Numbered from the stretch's first letter, positions 40,872-50,055 are shown. The stretch is DNA of 64,000 nt from an uncultured delta proteobacterium (GCA_963845145.1 CAWJQU010000008.1:352001-416000), one strand, 5' to 3'. Notes: generated by a model from the sequence alone, not told the origin. A program made the numbers and translations.

Positions 40872-41216
40872 TTATTTGCATTTGGCCGGTGTCGGTGAAT
40901 CCGAGGCATGGGCATGTAGATAGGTAAAAATATCCGTAATCTCCACGTCGGAAAGCGCTGACCACTCCTCCTCGCAACCGAATTCATCAAATGTTTTGCC
41001 GTCAAACAGGGCTTCCCATTCCGCTTGGGACTTGGCATCCGGATTCAGGGTCGGTTTTACGCTCTCCACGGCGCCCCGTTCGTGACATGCCTTGTAAACC
41101 TTGCGATAGGTGTACTTTCCCTTTCGCTTGTTGCCCTGTTCCATAGCCAGTCCGGTCCCGATAAAACTAACCGTCATAAAAATCGCCAAAAACATCGTCA
41201 TTACCTTTTTTTGCAT
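40872..41216 (-). CDS. Small exported cytochrome c-like protein with atypical YKACH motif
   Basis: Signal peptide; GN.RKGKY.YRK..ACH; C-terminal YLH.HASDSP.P..C. Confidence 0.65.
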   Translation of the reverse strand: MQKKVMTMFLAIFMTVSFIGTGLAMEQGNKRKGKYTYRKVYKACHERGAVESVKPTLNPDAKSQAEWEALFDGKTFDEFGCEEEWSALSDVEITDIFTYLHAHASDSPTPAKCK

Positions 41217-41336
41217 CTTTTTTGCTCCTTTCAGTCATTACATGTTATTTGGGTTGCATTGAAAAAATAGGATCAACACGGATCTATTTCTAACAGAACG
41301 ATTCCGTTTCCTTTTCATGTTCATAACCGTGGGAAA

Positions 41337-41352
41337 TGCAATTGGAATGCCA
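41337..41352 (-). promoter_or_regulatory. sigma54 promoter of the cytochrome c-rhodanese-OTR-cytochrome b operon
   Basis: Minus strand TGGCATTCCAATTGCA = GG-N10-GC. Confidence 0.8.
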
Positions 41353-41451
41353 CGGATATAGACAGCACACTTTTTCCATTTAACCTTTTGTATTTATATA
41401 CCTTTATTAATGATACAATACAAGCCGTTCCATTTGAGATGATTGTCAACG

Positions 41452-41467
41452 GTTAACACCTGTTAAC
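41452..41467. promoter_or_regulatory. Putative bEBP enhancer palindrome, copy 2
   Basis: GTTAACACCTGTTAAC, perfect 7-bp arms. Confidence 0.75.
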
Positions 41468-41524
41468 TGCCGGCCGTTCGTTAAAAGGCATAATCGACGG
41501 CAAGCCACAAATATGGCCATAGAT

Positions 41525-41836
41525 TTAAAAAACGACACACCGGTCGCTCCATTGCAAAATGTCGGTAATTTGACCCGGCCGAACGAACTTTACACCTTTT
41601 GGTACCGTCGGTATTCTTCCCGTAAATCGTTTCTCAAAACTGGTTGAGCAGATTGTGATTTGTGCCCGATGCGTCAGATGGTGAAAATCCGTTGATTCGA
41701 TAAATTCGACGCCCGTACCCAGTAAATGGATTTTGACCTCTTTTCCCTTTATATCGGCAGCCTTTGTCAATTCTTCCAAATAGTTAAAGTATCTACCGGA
41801 TTGAACCAGGATGCATAATTTTCTGGAAGTCGTCAT
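41525..41836 (-). CDS. DsrE-like small protein
   Basis: L.ILV..AA..KGKEV.I.L.G.GV..ICSTS..I..SDR.VVF pattern of the DsrE fold. Confidence 0.65.
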   Translation of the reverse strand: MTTSRKLCILVQSGRYFNYLEELTKAADIKGKEVKIHLLGTGVEFIESTDFHHLTHRAQITICSTSFEKRFTGRIPTVPKGVKFVRPGQITDILQWSDRCVVF

Positions 41837-41842
41837 AGCGTG

Positions 41843-42034
41843 TTACCCCCAGCAAATAACCTGATCATAATTAAAAATATCATCTACCAGCCGCAGCCAA
41901 TTGGTCGCTGTGCCCGATATTTCATCTTCATACAAACTGACAACAGCCGCGCCTTCTTCGCCGGATAAGGCATCAATGACGGTTGCGATGGTTTCGTCAG
42001 GCTCTGATTTTAATATGTGCAAAATCTTTTTCAT
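41843..42034 (-). CDS. Small DsrH/TusB-like hypothetical protein
   Basis: MKKILHIL start and W..LVDDIF.YDQVICW end resemble DsrH termini. Confidence 0.6.
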   Translation of the reverse strand: MKKILHILKSEPDETIATVIDALSGEEGAAVVSLYEDEISGTATNWLRLVDDIFNYDQVICWG

Positions 42035-42088
42035 GGGAGGTCACCTTATTTGCGTGCACCATTTCGAATATGAACCGTAACGATTATT

Positions 42089-42104
42089 TGCAATGATTAT
42101 ACCA
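42089..42104 (-). promoter_or_regulatory. sigma54 promoter of the DsrH/DsrE-like pair
   Basis: Minus strand TGGTATAATCATTGCA = GG-N10-GC. Confidence 0.7.
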
Positions 42105-42187
42105 GCATCGGATAAATTATTATTGCATATAATATTAAATAGTTGCATCTTTGATTAAAAAATCGCTTTCCATTTAATTCGACCGAT

Positions 42188-42203
42188 GTTAACATATGTT
42201 AAC
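42188..42203. promoter_or_regulatory. Putative bEBP enhancer palindrome, copy 3
   Basis: GTTAACATATGTTAAC, perfect palindrome. Confidence 0.75.
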
Positions 42204-42238
42204 TTCATTAATTAACATAAGGCAACAGGTGAGCATTT

Positions 42239-43618
42239 ATGGATCTATCGCTTTACTGGAAGACAATCGTCGATACCCTTCAAGATGGTGTCATGGTCGT
42301 AGACCCGTCAGGGAAGGTTCTCGCGCTCAATCCCGCGGCGGAAAAGCTGACGGGATATGACGCGAGGGAGTTGGTTGGTAAATCCTGCCGTATGCTGGAT
42401 TGCACGGGCTGCGATATTTATGCCCGTGGCCGGGCTGAACAATGGTGCGGTCTATATGCCAAGGGTGCCGTAAGAGCAAAAAAGTGCTTGATCACCAATA
42501 AGGAAAATCGCTCCGTTAATGTGATAAAAAATGCTTCCATTCTGCGAAACAAAGAAGGCCAGATCATCGGCGCAGTGGAAACCCTCACCGACATGTCCGA
42601 GCTGATTCGGCAGCAGATGGAAATATCTCTGTTGCGCAAGAATCTTCAACTGGACGACGGCTATCATGGGATTATCGGTAAAACAGCCCCCATGCAAAAC
42701 CTGTTCGAATTGGTGGACAATGTTGCCCTGACCGATGCCCCGGTTATCATCACCGGTGAAAGCGGGACCGGTAAAGAGCTGGTCGCCCGGGCCATCCATG
42801 AAAAAAGCAACCGCAGTGAAAAACCGTTTATCAAGGTAAATTGCGCCGCATTAAATGAAAATCTATTGGAGAGCGAATTGTTCGGACACACCAAGGGATC
42901 TTATACCGGTGCCGATAGAACCCGTATTGGTCGATTTGAAGCCGCCCATGGCGGGACGATATTCTTAGACGAAATTGGCGACATCCCTTTATCTACACAA
43001 GTCAAACTACTACGGATTTTAGAAGAAAAAGAGATCGAGAGAGTGGGTGATCACACCCCGATAAAAGTGAATGTACGGATCATCTCGGCCACCAATAAAA
43101 ACCTCGACGATCTGATTGCCCGGGGACGGTTCCGGGATGATTTATATTTCCGTATCAACGTCTTTCCCATCGACTGTCCACCACTTCGTCGGCGGATCGA
43201 AGACATTCCCATGATCATTCAGAATTTCATTCGCCAAAATAATCTAAAGAGTGGGAAAAAAATATTGGGACTCACCCCCGAGGCCATGGAAAAAATGACG
43301 CTTTACGATTGGCCTGGTAATGTCAGGGAATTACGCAATGCCATTGAATACGCTTTCGTACTATGTTCCAGCGGTGGCATTGATGTTCAACATTTGCCCC
43401 CCAAAATAGCCGGCATATCCAGTGAATGTGCAGAACCGTTCGTGCCCTCCAACCGTAACAACGTAAATGACGGGAAGAAAAATGCCCTTATTGGCGCCTT
43501 AAGAAAAGCGCGGGGAAACCGAACCGAGGCCGCCCGAATTTTAGGCATCAGTCGCGTGACGGTTTGGAAACAGATGAAAAGATTCGGAATCGACCCATAC
43601 AAAGATCTTATGGGGTAG
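42239..43618 (+). CDS. sigma54-dependent activator: Cys-rich PAS, AAA+, Fis HTH (paralog of 27919-29307)
   Basis: ATGGATCTATCG is read on the + strand at 42239; [33 protein letters not shown]. Confidence 0.93.
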   Translation: MDLSLYWKTIVDTLQDGVMVVDPSGKVLALNPAAEKLTGYDARELVGKSCRMLDCTGCDIYARGRAEQWCGLYAKGAVRAKKCLITNKENRSVNVIKNASILRNKEGQIIGAVETLTDMSELIRQQMEISLLRKNLQLDDGYHGIIGKTAPMQNLFELVDNVALTDAPVIITGESGTGKELVARAIHEKSNRSEKPFIKVNCAALNENLLESELFGHTKGSYTGADRTRIGRFEAAHGGTIFLDEIGDIPLSTQVKLLRILEEKEIERVGDHTPIKVNVRIISATNKNLDDLIARGRFRDDLYFRINVFPIDCPPLRRRIEDIPMIIQNFIRQNNLKSGKKILGLTPEAMEKMTLYDWPGNVRELRNAIEYAFVLCSSGGIDVQHLPPKIAGISSECAEPFVPSNRNNVNDGKKNALIGALRKARGNRTEAARILGISRVTVWKQMKRFGIDPYKDLMG

Positions 43619-43807
43619 CGCACGGTGACATAATTGTTAAGCGCGTTATTATTTGAACGCTTTATTTTGTTATTATTCGAGGCCTTGAAATTGTGGAAAT
43701 TATTGACTACCATGCCAAAATTGGGGTTTGAGACTTGAAGCCCTCTTTTGTTTTTAGGCCTTATATGAAATTTTTCACTATCATCAATTAAAAGACAGGG
43801 ATTTGAG

Positions 43808-44224
43808 ATGAATTCAGTGGCCCGAGTCATTTTTCTCATAGCGATGGTTGTTTTTTTTTCAACTGGGTGTACGACGTTAAAGGATAAAATTCATTTAGTG
43901 GGCTTTGAAAATATATCAAAATCCTTTGAACAGGTTATGCTTGATTCGGACTTTGAAGTCGCCCGTGGATTCATAAACCCGGAAATTCTTCAGAAGGAAA
44001 AGGAAACGGATGTCACGCAATATGAAGATATAAAAATCGTAGAATATCGCGTTAAAAAAGGTCATCTATCCAACGACATTAATGAAATCAATCAGACCGC
44101 CGAGGTGAAATACTACAGGATGGACAGCCTGATCGTAAGAACAATTTACTATGAACAACTATGGAAATACGATGATGTGAGAAAATCCTGGATACTCCAG
44201 ACTGGCCTGCCCAAATTCAAATAA
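43808..44224 (+). CDS. Hypothetical lipoprotein
   Basis: Signal peptide with lipobox FSTGC. Confidence 0.7.
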   Translation: MNSVARVIFLIAMVVFFSTGCTTLKDKIHLVGFENISKSFEQVMLDSDFEVARGFINPEILQKEKETDVTQYEDIKIVEYRVKKGHLSNDINEINQTAEVKYYRMDSLIVRTIYYEQLWKYDDVRKSWILQTGLPKFK

Positions 44225-44380
44225 CCCGGAGTGTTGAAACTTTTCCTTTTTCTAATTTCCTCTCACGCTCAACCCTTTTCAATCATGATATCATAAGTCA
44301 CATTTTTATCGATTTTTATTCAATTAAGAAAATTTGGGTGGGTGGTCATAAGTTGGAGCTATCTGGATCATAAGCTATCC

Positions 44381-45223
44381 TCAATTTTTTGGAAGATCAA
44401 CTTCGGGGGTTTGAATCTCTTTCACGATAATGCTTTTTCCTTGCGCTTGTTTGGAAACTCTGTATGAGTATTTCCAATAGCCTTGAGATTTTTTCGCTTT
44501 AATATTTTGTGTGATGTATGAATTCCGAGTGTGAATCCTTATAAGATATTCTTGAATATTGCCTTTGGGCCATGGGATGCGCAGCACTTCTAAGCTAGTG
44601 CTCGGCAGAAATGTACCAATGTTATTAACCACTTTCACCCGTGATAAAAGTTTGTTAACCTCACCCATCAAGTCACGCTGTCGTTTTCTGCCAATTTTGT
44701 CATCTTCCTTATGGCTTTCGATGATTTCATCGTATAGTTTTTTAAGGGGAAGCCTTGCTTTTTCCGTTATATCATCTATTTGTAACTCGACATCATACAA
44801 AGGATATTTCCCTTCATGGAAAAGCATCATTGTAAGCCACTGCGACACCTCATCAAACATTGGCAAAATGTAACAGTGTGAGTCCCCTCCCGTTGTATAG
44901 GCCATTAACTCTTTACTTAGATCGACATTCTGCTCTGATAGACCGCCAATTTTATTACTTAAAATTACATTTTGTGAAGATAAGGTAAAAATTTGATCCG
45001 AACGTTTTTGTAAGAGCTCGATATTTTTACTTTCATTAACCCCTGACCAGATTCCACCACTAAGAATCAATAGACCTCCGATTAAAGTACCAACAGCTAT
45101 CCAACGAGGTGTCTTTTGATCCTCCGCACGAGATGCTTTATATCCAAATATTGCAACTACCATCCCGCCTACAATCAAAGAAAGAGTAGGTGGTGAAAGA
45201 AGTTGTTTAAACAAAAATTCCAT
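44381..45223 (-). CDS. Hypothetical membrane protein (2 N-terminal TM, coiled coil), visibly AT-rich
   Basis: 280-aa ORF; no family recognised. Confidence 0.65.
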   Translation of the reverse strand: MEFLFKQLLSPPTLSLIVGGMVVAIFGYKASRAEDQKTPRWIAVGTLIGGLLILSGGIWSGVNESKNIELLQKRSDQIFTLSSQNVILSNKIGGLSEQNVDLSKELMAYTTGGDSHCYILPMFDEVSQWLTMMLFHEGKYPLYDVELQIDDITEKARLPLKKLYDEIIESHKEDDKIGRKRQRDLMGEVNKLLSRVKVVNNIGTFLPSTSLEVLRIPWPKGNIQEYLIRIHTRNSYITQNIKAKKSQGYWKYSYRVSKQAQGKSIIVKEIQTPEVDLPKN

Positions 45224-45317
45224 TTAGAACTTCCAGAGTTTATTGATGATTAAAACTTTCCCATCTAACTTTTCCGTAATGGCGGTAGTCTTTAACAGCA
45301 GAAATTGTGATTGCAGA

Positions 45318-45984
45318 GTCGGGTAGCCCAGGGGAATTTCACCCCCAGGCTCCCACAGATCGGTGCGTGAAGCCTCTCGATTCATACGGCTCCTGTCAGC
45401 CTTCCTCTTGAAACCTCGCGGTTTCAAGCCGACACGAAAAGAAATCCGGTTCCTCCCAGTTGCCTGGTTGACCATCACTTATCGCGAGCTGACTCATCCC
45501 CTTCGCTCCGATCCCATTACAGGACCTTCAACACTAATACTGGATGATCCGCCCCCGTGCCTCGCATCGGTACTCTAATTCTCGTGGGGTCTCCACTTGA
45601 ATTTCTCCCTTAACATCGAAGCGACAGGTTCCCACGTTCCATGCAAAAGCCTAACTCAGATTCATGCCACCTTTACGCCGGAGGCCGCTTGGGCAGTAAA
45701 CAGGTTTCCCCCAAACTTATCCTGAACCCAATATAGTAGCTCAGTTTTGACCTCATCCATAATCTTTCGACGCCTCATCGAATGGTTCGCTTGCGCTCAT
45801 CTCTCTGAGCCGTACCTGCCACGATCCTATGCCGTGACTTTTCCTAAACGCTCACTACCCTGGCTCTTTACCAACGCAGCTTTAGGTGGTTTGAAGCCTG
45901 CTCCTGCAAGCCGGCTCCGAGGGGCCCGCCCTCATCTTTTGCGCAGTTACGCACACTTTATATTAAAGTGCGCTCGTGGCGCAC
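45318..45984 (-). mobile_element. ORF-less group II intron, 667 nt
   Basis: 5' end GTGCG; D5 GAGCCGTATGAATCGAGAGGCTTCACGCACCGATC; D6 CCTGGGGGTGAAATTCCCCTGGGCTACCCGAC 3' end; EBS1/IBS1 and EBS2/IBS2 pairing; no RT ORF. Confidence 0.9.
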
Positions 45985-46152
45985 TACATTGAGATCATCT
46001 TGCACCAACGACCTACAAAAACTTACCCGAAATCTAATATTCCAGCAAGACTAAAAGATTGTGATATCATCAATTAATGGAGAAGGTGGTGCCTGGTGAT
46101 ACGGATACCCATTGCAGTTCTGATTGATGTAAAATTGAAAAATGATAGCAGT

Positions 46153-48120
46153 TTATTCCCGAGTGCCACCCCTGGGGTAGGTATCCAGGTCCCACAAGGG
46201 CGGTCCATCCCACAACGAATAGGGGCCGTCATCCGATAGGCGTTTGCCGATTTCAGAAATAGTCAGCCTTTTCAGCGTTTCAGGTATTGGAATGCCGGTT
46301 TCAGGGTCATAGCCGTGCTTTTTGTAGTATGCCTGAAGCATCTGAAGATGCTCTTTTCGTTGCCGATCGCCCTCAGGGCTCCGCTTAACTTCCGGTTTCT
46401 GGGGTAGGCTGTCATGTTCAATGGTGATTCCCTGCCGGATATTGAACGCCCGTTCCACGGCATGGATACGATCGGCAATGTCGACGATATCTTCCCCTTT
46501 GAAGTCAATCCCGGTGGCGGCCGCTAATAACGCTGCCAGGCCATCCCACAGGTCTGATTTCCCAGCCTCTGACTTCCACACAAGGGGTACGGCACATGCC
46601 CAGGTATTGACCGCCCCTTTGCAACGACCGATAGTATCGGCGATTGCGGTTGCGCGTTCACCCGCGGTAATGGATTGAATTGGATCATCGGAAATGACTT
46701 GGCGGTCGACCAGGTTGGTTAATATGTCTTCGGTTGAATTATCGCCCGCACTCCAGCTTCTCCCTCTCAGATGGTCTGCGCCACGACTGGAGACGGCGTG
46801 TGACAGGGCGTAAAGGCCCGGCGGATGCGGCCCCCGGCTAAGCCCTTTGACATGATAGCAGTAGGCCATGGCATCGGGGCCGAAATGTTTCGCCAGGCTG
46901 TAAAGCCCCTCGGCAATGAGGTTTCCAAAGCCTTCCCGGAACACCGTTTTGTGTATCAAATCAATCTGGGTCGCTGCGTCTTCCCAGGTAAGCTTCAAAC
47001 CGCCTGTATCGGCATCGGTGATGATTCCTCGGTTGTATAGGTCCTTGGCCAGAGCAATGGTGTTTCCCAGCGCAATGACATCGACCCCGTAAATATCGGA
47101 CAAATTTTCCATTTCCAAAATGGCTACCGGATCTTCAATGCCACAGTTGGTGCCGAGGCAGTAAATCGCTTCATACTCAAGGGCTTCACCCCGCTCTCCT
47201 TTTCGGTTCCCCGCTGGAATTTCATAGATATTTTTACATTTTATGTGACAACTCTGACAGCCCGCACGCCCCACTTCGTACTGTTTCCACGCCTCGGGAC
47301 TCAATGCTTCAGGGATGTCATCACCCGGCAGCACCGTCTCGAAATTCCGATAACCGGGAAACCAGTTCACCATGCCGTAATGGGAGCCATAAACGGCGGA
47401 TACTTCCTGCTGCACGGAATCCTTGGCCAGATATTTCCGATCGGCATTCGCCAGGGATAGAAACCGTTTTCGATCATAGAGGTCCACCTTTTTACTGCCA
47501 CGCACAATGATGGCCTTCAAATTCTTGCTACCCCAGACGGCCCCACTACCACGGGCCGCCGAAGCATATTTGTCCACCATGGTGGATGCCAGACGCACCA
47601 GGTTCTCGCCTGCCTGGCCGATACATGCCACGCTTGTATTCTCTCCGTGCCGTTGCATGAGGCGATCGGTGGTCTCCCAGACACTGGTTCCCCACAGTTC
47701 GTCCGCCGGAAGCAAAACCACCTTATCGTCGTCAATCCATAAATATTGGGGGGTCTCAGCGTGACCGCTGACGATGATCTGGTCATACCCGGCCCGTTTC
47801 ATGACATAGGCAAATGCCCCCCCGGCGTTACCATCTCCCAAAATACCGCTGTAAGGCGAGAGGGTAGACACCTGGAGGCGACTGGAGAGGCTCAATAATG
47901 TAGCCGTCAATATTCCAGGTGCGATACATAATATGTTATCCGGCCCCAAAGGATCTGCGCCGGGAGGTACCCTGTTGAACAGCGTTTTGGAGTTCAAACC
48001 ACGACCCCCCAGAAAAAGCCGTGCATCCTTACTATCGAGTTGGCTTTTGGAGATGCTCCCCGATGTTAAATTGACATCCAGTATGGTTCCACACCAGCCC
48101 TTTTTTAATTCGACGTTCAT
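46153..48120 (-). CDS. aor: Aldehyde:ferredoxin oxidoreductase family (W/Mo-pterin)
   Basis: GW.G.IL.VNL, LGGRG, IGQAGEN, GAVWGSKNLKA, EYE, RGADH; AGGAG RBS before MNVELK. Confidence 0.88.
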   Translation of the reverse strand: MNVELKKGWCGTILDVNLTSGSISKSQLDSKDARLFLGGRGLNSKTLFNRVPPGADPLGPDNILCIAPGILTATLLSLSSRLQVSTLSPYSGILGDGNAGGAFAYVMKRAGYDQIIVSGHAETPQYLWIDDDKVVLLPADELWGTSVWETTDRLMQRHGENTSVACIGQAGENLVRLASTMVDKYASAARGSGAVWGSKNLKAIIVRGSKKVDLYDRKRFLSLANADRKYLAKDSVQQEVSAVYGSHYGMVNWFPGYRNFETVLPGDDIPEALSPEAWKQYEVGRAGCQSCHIKCKNIYEIPAGNRKGERGEALEYEAIYCLGTNCGIEDPVAILEMENLSDIYGVDVIALGNTIALAKDLYNRGIITDADTGGLKLTWEDAATQIDLIHKTVFREGFGNLIAEGLYSLAKHFGPDAMAYCYHVKGLSRGPHPPGLYALSHAVSSRGADHLRGRSWSAGDNSTEDILTNLVDRQVISDDPIQSITAGERATAIADTIGRCKGAVNTWACAVPLVWKSEAGKSDLWDGLAALLAAATGIDFKGEDIVDIADRIHAVERAFNIRQGITIEHDSLPQKPEVKRSPEGDRQRKEHLQMLQAYYKKHGYDPETGIPIPETLKRLTISEIGKRLSDDGPYSLWDGPPLWDLDTYPRGGTRE

Positions 48121-48266
48121 GGGTGGGGTACTCCTTATGCACAGGCTAATTCGCTGCACGATACTCCCGGCCTATCCGGAGTCATTACAGCATCGTTCAA
48201 TCTGTTGACTGCCAATACATCTGAGTAAAAAAATTCACTTATCCTCCTCCGCCAATCGATAACGCC

Positions 48267-48491
48267 TTATTTTCCAAATCGTTCTCTGGAATCTCGAACC
48301 GCCTCAAGAATATCTTCCGTGGAAGCTTTGGTCTTGAAACCAGGAATATCAAAAGGGGATCTTGTACTTTTCCTAAATATGACAGAAAAGGTTTCCCCTC
48401 CTCTCCTTTTAATAATCACCTCTTCCGTTTTTGCGATATTAAGGACAGAGGCAAGGCGTTGTCTTGCTTCAGAATAGGTATATACCTTCAT
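48267..48491 (-). CDS. Phd/YefM-type antitoxin
   Basis: MKVYTYSEARQRLASVL..A..EEVIIKRR. Confidence 0.8.
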   Translation of the reverse strand: MKVYTYSEARQRLASVLNIAKTEEVIIKRRGGETFSVIFRKSTRSPFDIPGFKTKASTEDILEAVRDSRERFGK

Positions 48492-48630
48492 AATAATTAA
48501 CTCAAAACCGGTTATCCCCAATTCCGGTGCCACCCATTTAATGCCGATATCAAGGGTAGGCGATGGGCTTCGCAAGGATGGACTCCGCAACAGACTTCTA
48601 ACCGCCAAAACCGTATTGCATCCAATGTAG
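48492..48630 (-). pseudogene. Remnant of a PIN/VapC toxin C-terminus
   Basis: SLRSPSPTLDIGIKWVAPELGI resembles the PIN tail pattern (PLLTLD..m..vA..LGI), in the slot upstream of the antitoxin; judged from memory. Confidence 0.45.
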
Positions 48631-48721
48631 GGTCATATCTGAACATTGAAACAGTACACATCAAACCGTCCTTTGTTTCGACTTTATGAGCCATTATTAT
48701 AAAGATATCTGTGCACACTAT

Positions 48722-48998
48722 CTAAATCTCAACGGTAAACCCGATACGAACAACCTTCCAAGCGGAGAATAAATATCCTATCCCGGTAGGTCTTTTTCTA
48801 TCACATGAAAACCAAGTGTGAAAATCGCCGCTACATGAATCCGCCATTTTCCATTTAACAACGATGGCTTCAGGATTTCCAACTTTTCAATATCAGAGAT
48901 GTCTATTTTCTTTGAGCCTATGGGAAAATAGTAATGACGAAATAGTATTTCCCGCTCAGTAATTTCGACCAATTTATCGTGTATATGGGATCGGACAT
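48722..48998 (-). pseudogene. Decayed small hypothetical gene with several frameshifts
   Basis: Protein-like blocks in different frames: MSDPIY / DKLVEIT..YYFP..KWRIH / SGDFHTWF..DRKRP / RDRIFILR / VRIGFTVE. Confidence 0.4.
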
Positions 48999-49105
48999 AT
49001 TTGTTGAAATTTTACGTCTTATTTTATCATTTTACAAACCATTGCCCACTTGCAGGTGACTATTGCCATGAATATGCCATAAATCGGCTTTCGTCCGCTC
49101 AATAA

Positions 49106-49717
49106 TCAAGGTATAGCGTATCCGGATACGATGGATAACCGAACAGCCTTCTCTTTGGAAAAGTCGTTGTTCAAAAACGATTCAAAGGGAACCGCTTTAC
49201 CATCAACCAACAATATGGAATCTGAAGCGGTTAATTTTTGAGCCGTCAATTTCAAAAACGATAAAGCCGCGCCACTATCCACGCTTTGCCCTAGTTCCAT
49301 CAAGGGCTGCCCCAGCTCTTTCGCGATTACGTTAAACATGCGGACGGTTACGGTTCCACCCGAAGCTTGTGGTTTTTCTGAGTCTTTTTGCCGGTAGGAA
49401 ATTCGCTTTCTAAATTCGGCCAGGTGGCCGCCTTTTCTGAATGTGGCCCCTACCAGACCCGGCATGGCTGCTGATAATGCGACCATATCCCCATCTTCAA
49501 GAACGGCTGTTTCGGCATCATCCACGGGTTGACTGTTTAAAAAGATGGTTTGTACCCGGTTGGCCAGGTAGTCGGGGTCAATGCCGAGTTGATCGCTCAA
49601 CATGCCCGTAAGCGTCTGGCCGCCTTGAATCGGCACCAATATACCTTTACCCATGAGTGTAAGAAGGCCGGGAAGGCAACTTGGTTTTATTCGGTATTTA
49701 ATGTGTATGCCGATCAT
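49106..49717 (-). CDS. Hypothetical protein with MoaD/ThiS-like (beta-grasp) segment
   Basis: IFLNSQPVDD...LEDGD.VAL..AMPG resembles the ubiquitin-like core; GGAGG RBS. Confidence 0.6.
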   Translation of the reverse strand: MIGIHIKYRIKPSCLPGLLTLMGKGILVPIQGGQTLTGMLSDQLGIDPDYLANRVQTIFLNSQPVDDAETAVLEDGDMVALSAAMPGLVGATFRKGGHLAEFRKRISYRQKDSEKPQASGGTVTVRMFNVIAKELGQPLMELGQSVDSGAALSFLKLTAQKLTASDSILLVDGKAVPFESFLNNDFSKEKAVRLSIVSGYAIP

Positions 49718-49823
49718 TTTTTCACCTCCAATCCAAAAGAATATGGGTGATCGCCTATTGCTTATTGCTTATTATTAACCATGCATTAAAAAGATGTATC
49801 TGGTAAAAAGGTGCCGGTTTATT

Positions 49824-49858
49824 CTTACACTTCAGGATTATCAACTCTGAAGTGTAAG
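49824..49858. repeat. Perfect 12-bp inverted repeat
   Basis: CTTACACTTCAG-N11-CTGAAGTGTAAG. Confidence 0.6.
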
Positions 49859-50055
49859 CACATAATTTCATAAATCTAAAATGATTATTGTATGCCATAA
49901 CGCTGGTTATTTCGCGACATTCGCTTTGAATAGCAATAAATTGAATTACCCGACCATCTTTAAGTTTGGCTATGCCGTGGGGGCAACAACCAGTAGAATA
50001 TAGGCTATTATGAGTAGTCCCCTTTTATTGCAGCCTTTTTTCATATGCACGCAAT

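Noticed and set aside
42239..43618. ORF track labels this activator as minus strand
   Set aside because: The + strand reads ATG GAT CTA TCG (MDLS) at 42239 and ends in TAG at 43618, so the gene is on +.
45224..45992. Short ORFs 45224-45478, 45363-45578 and 45747-45992
   Set aside because: They overlap intron RNA structure and show no RT or maturase motifs.
45224..46150. Host gene restored by intron splicing
   Set aside because: Joining the flanks gives only short frames (about 35 aa sense, about 54 aa antisense) with no recognisable motif.
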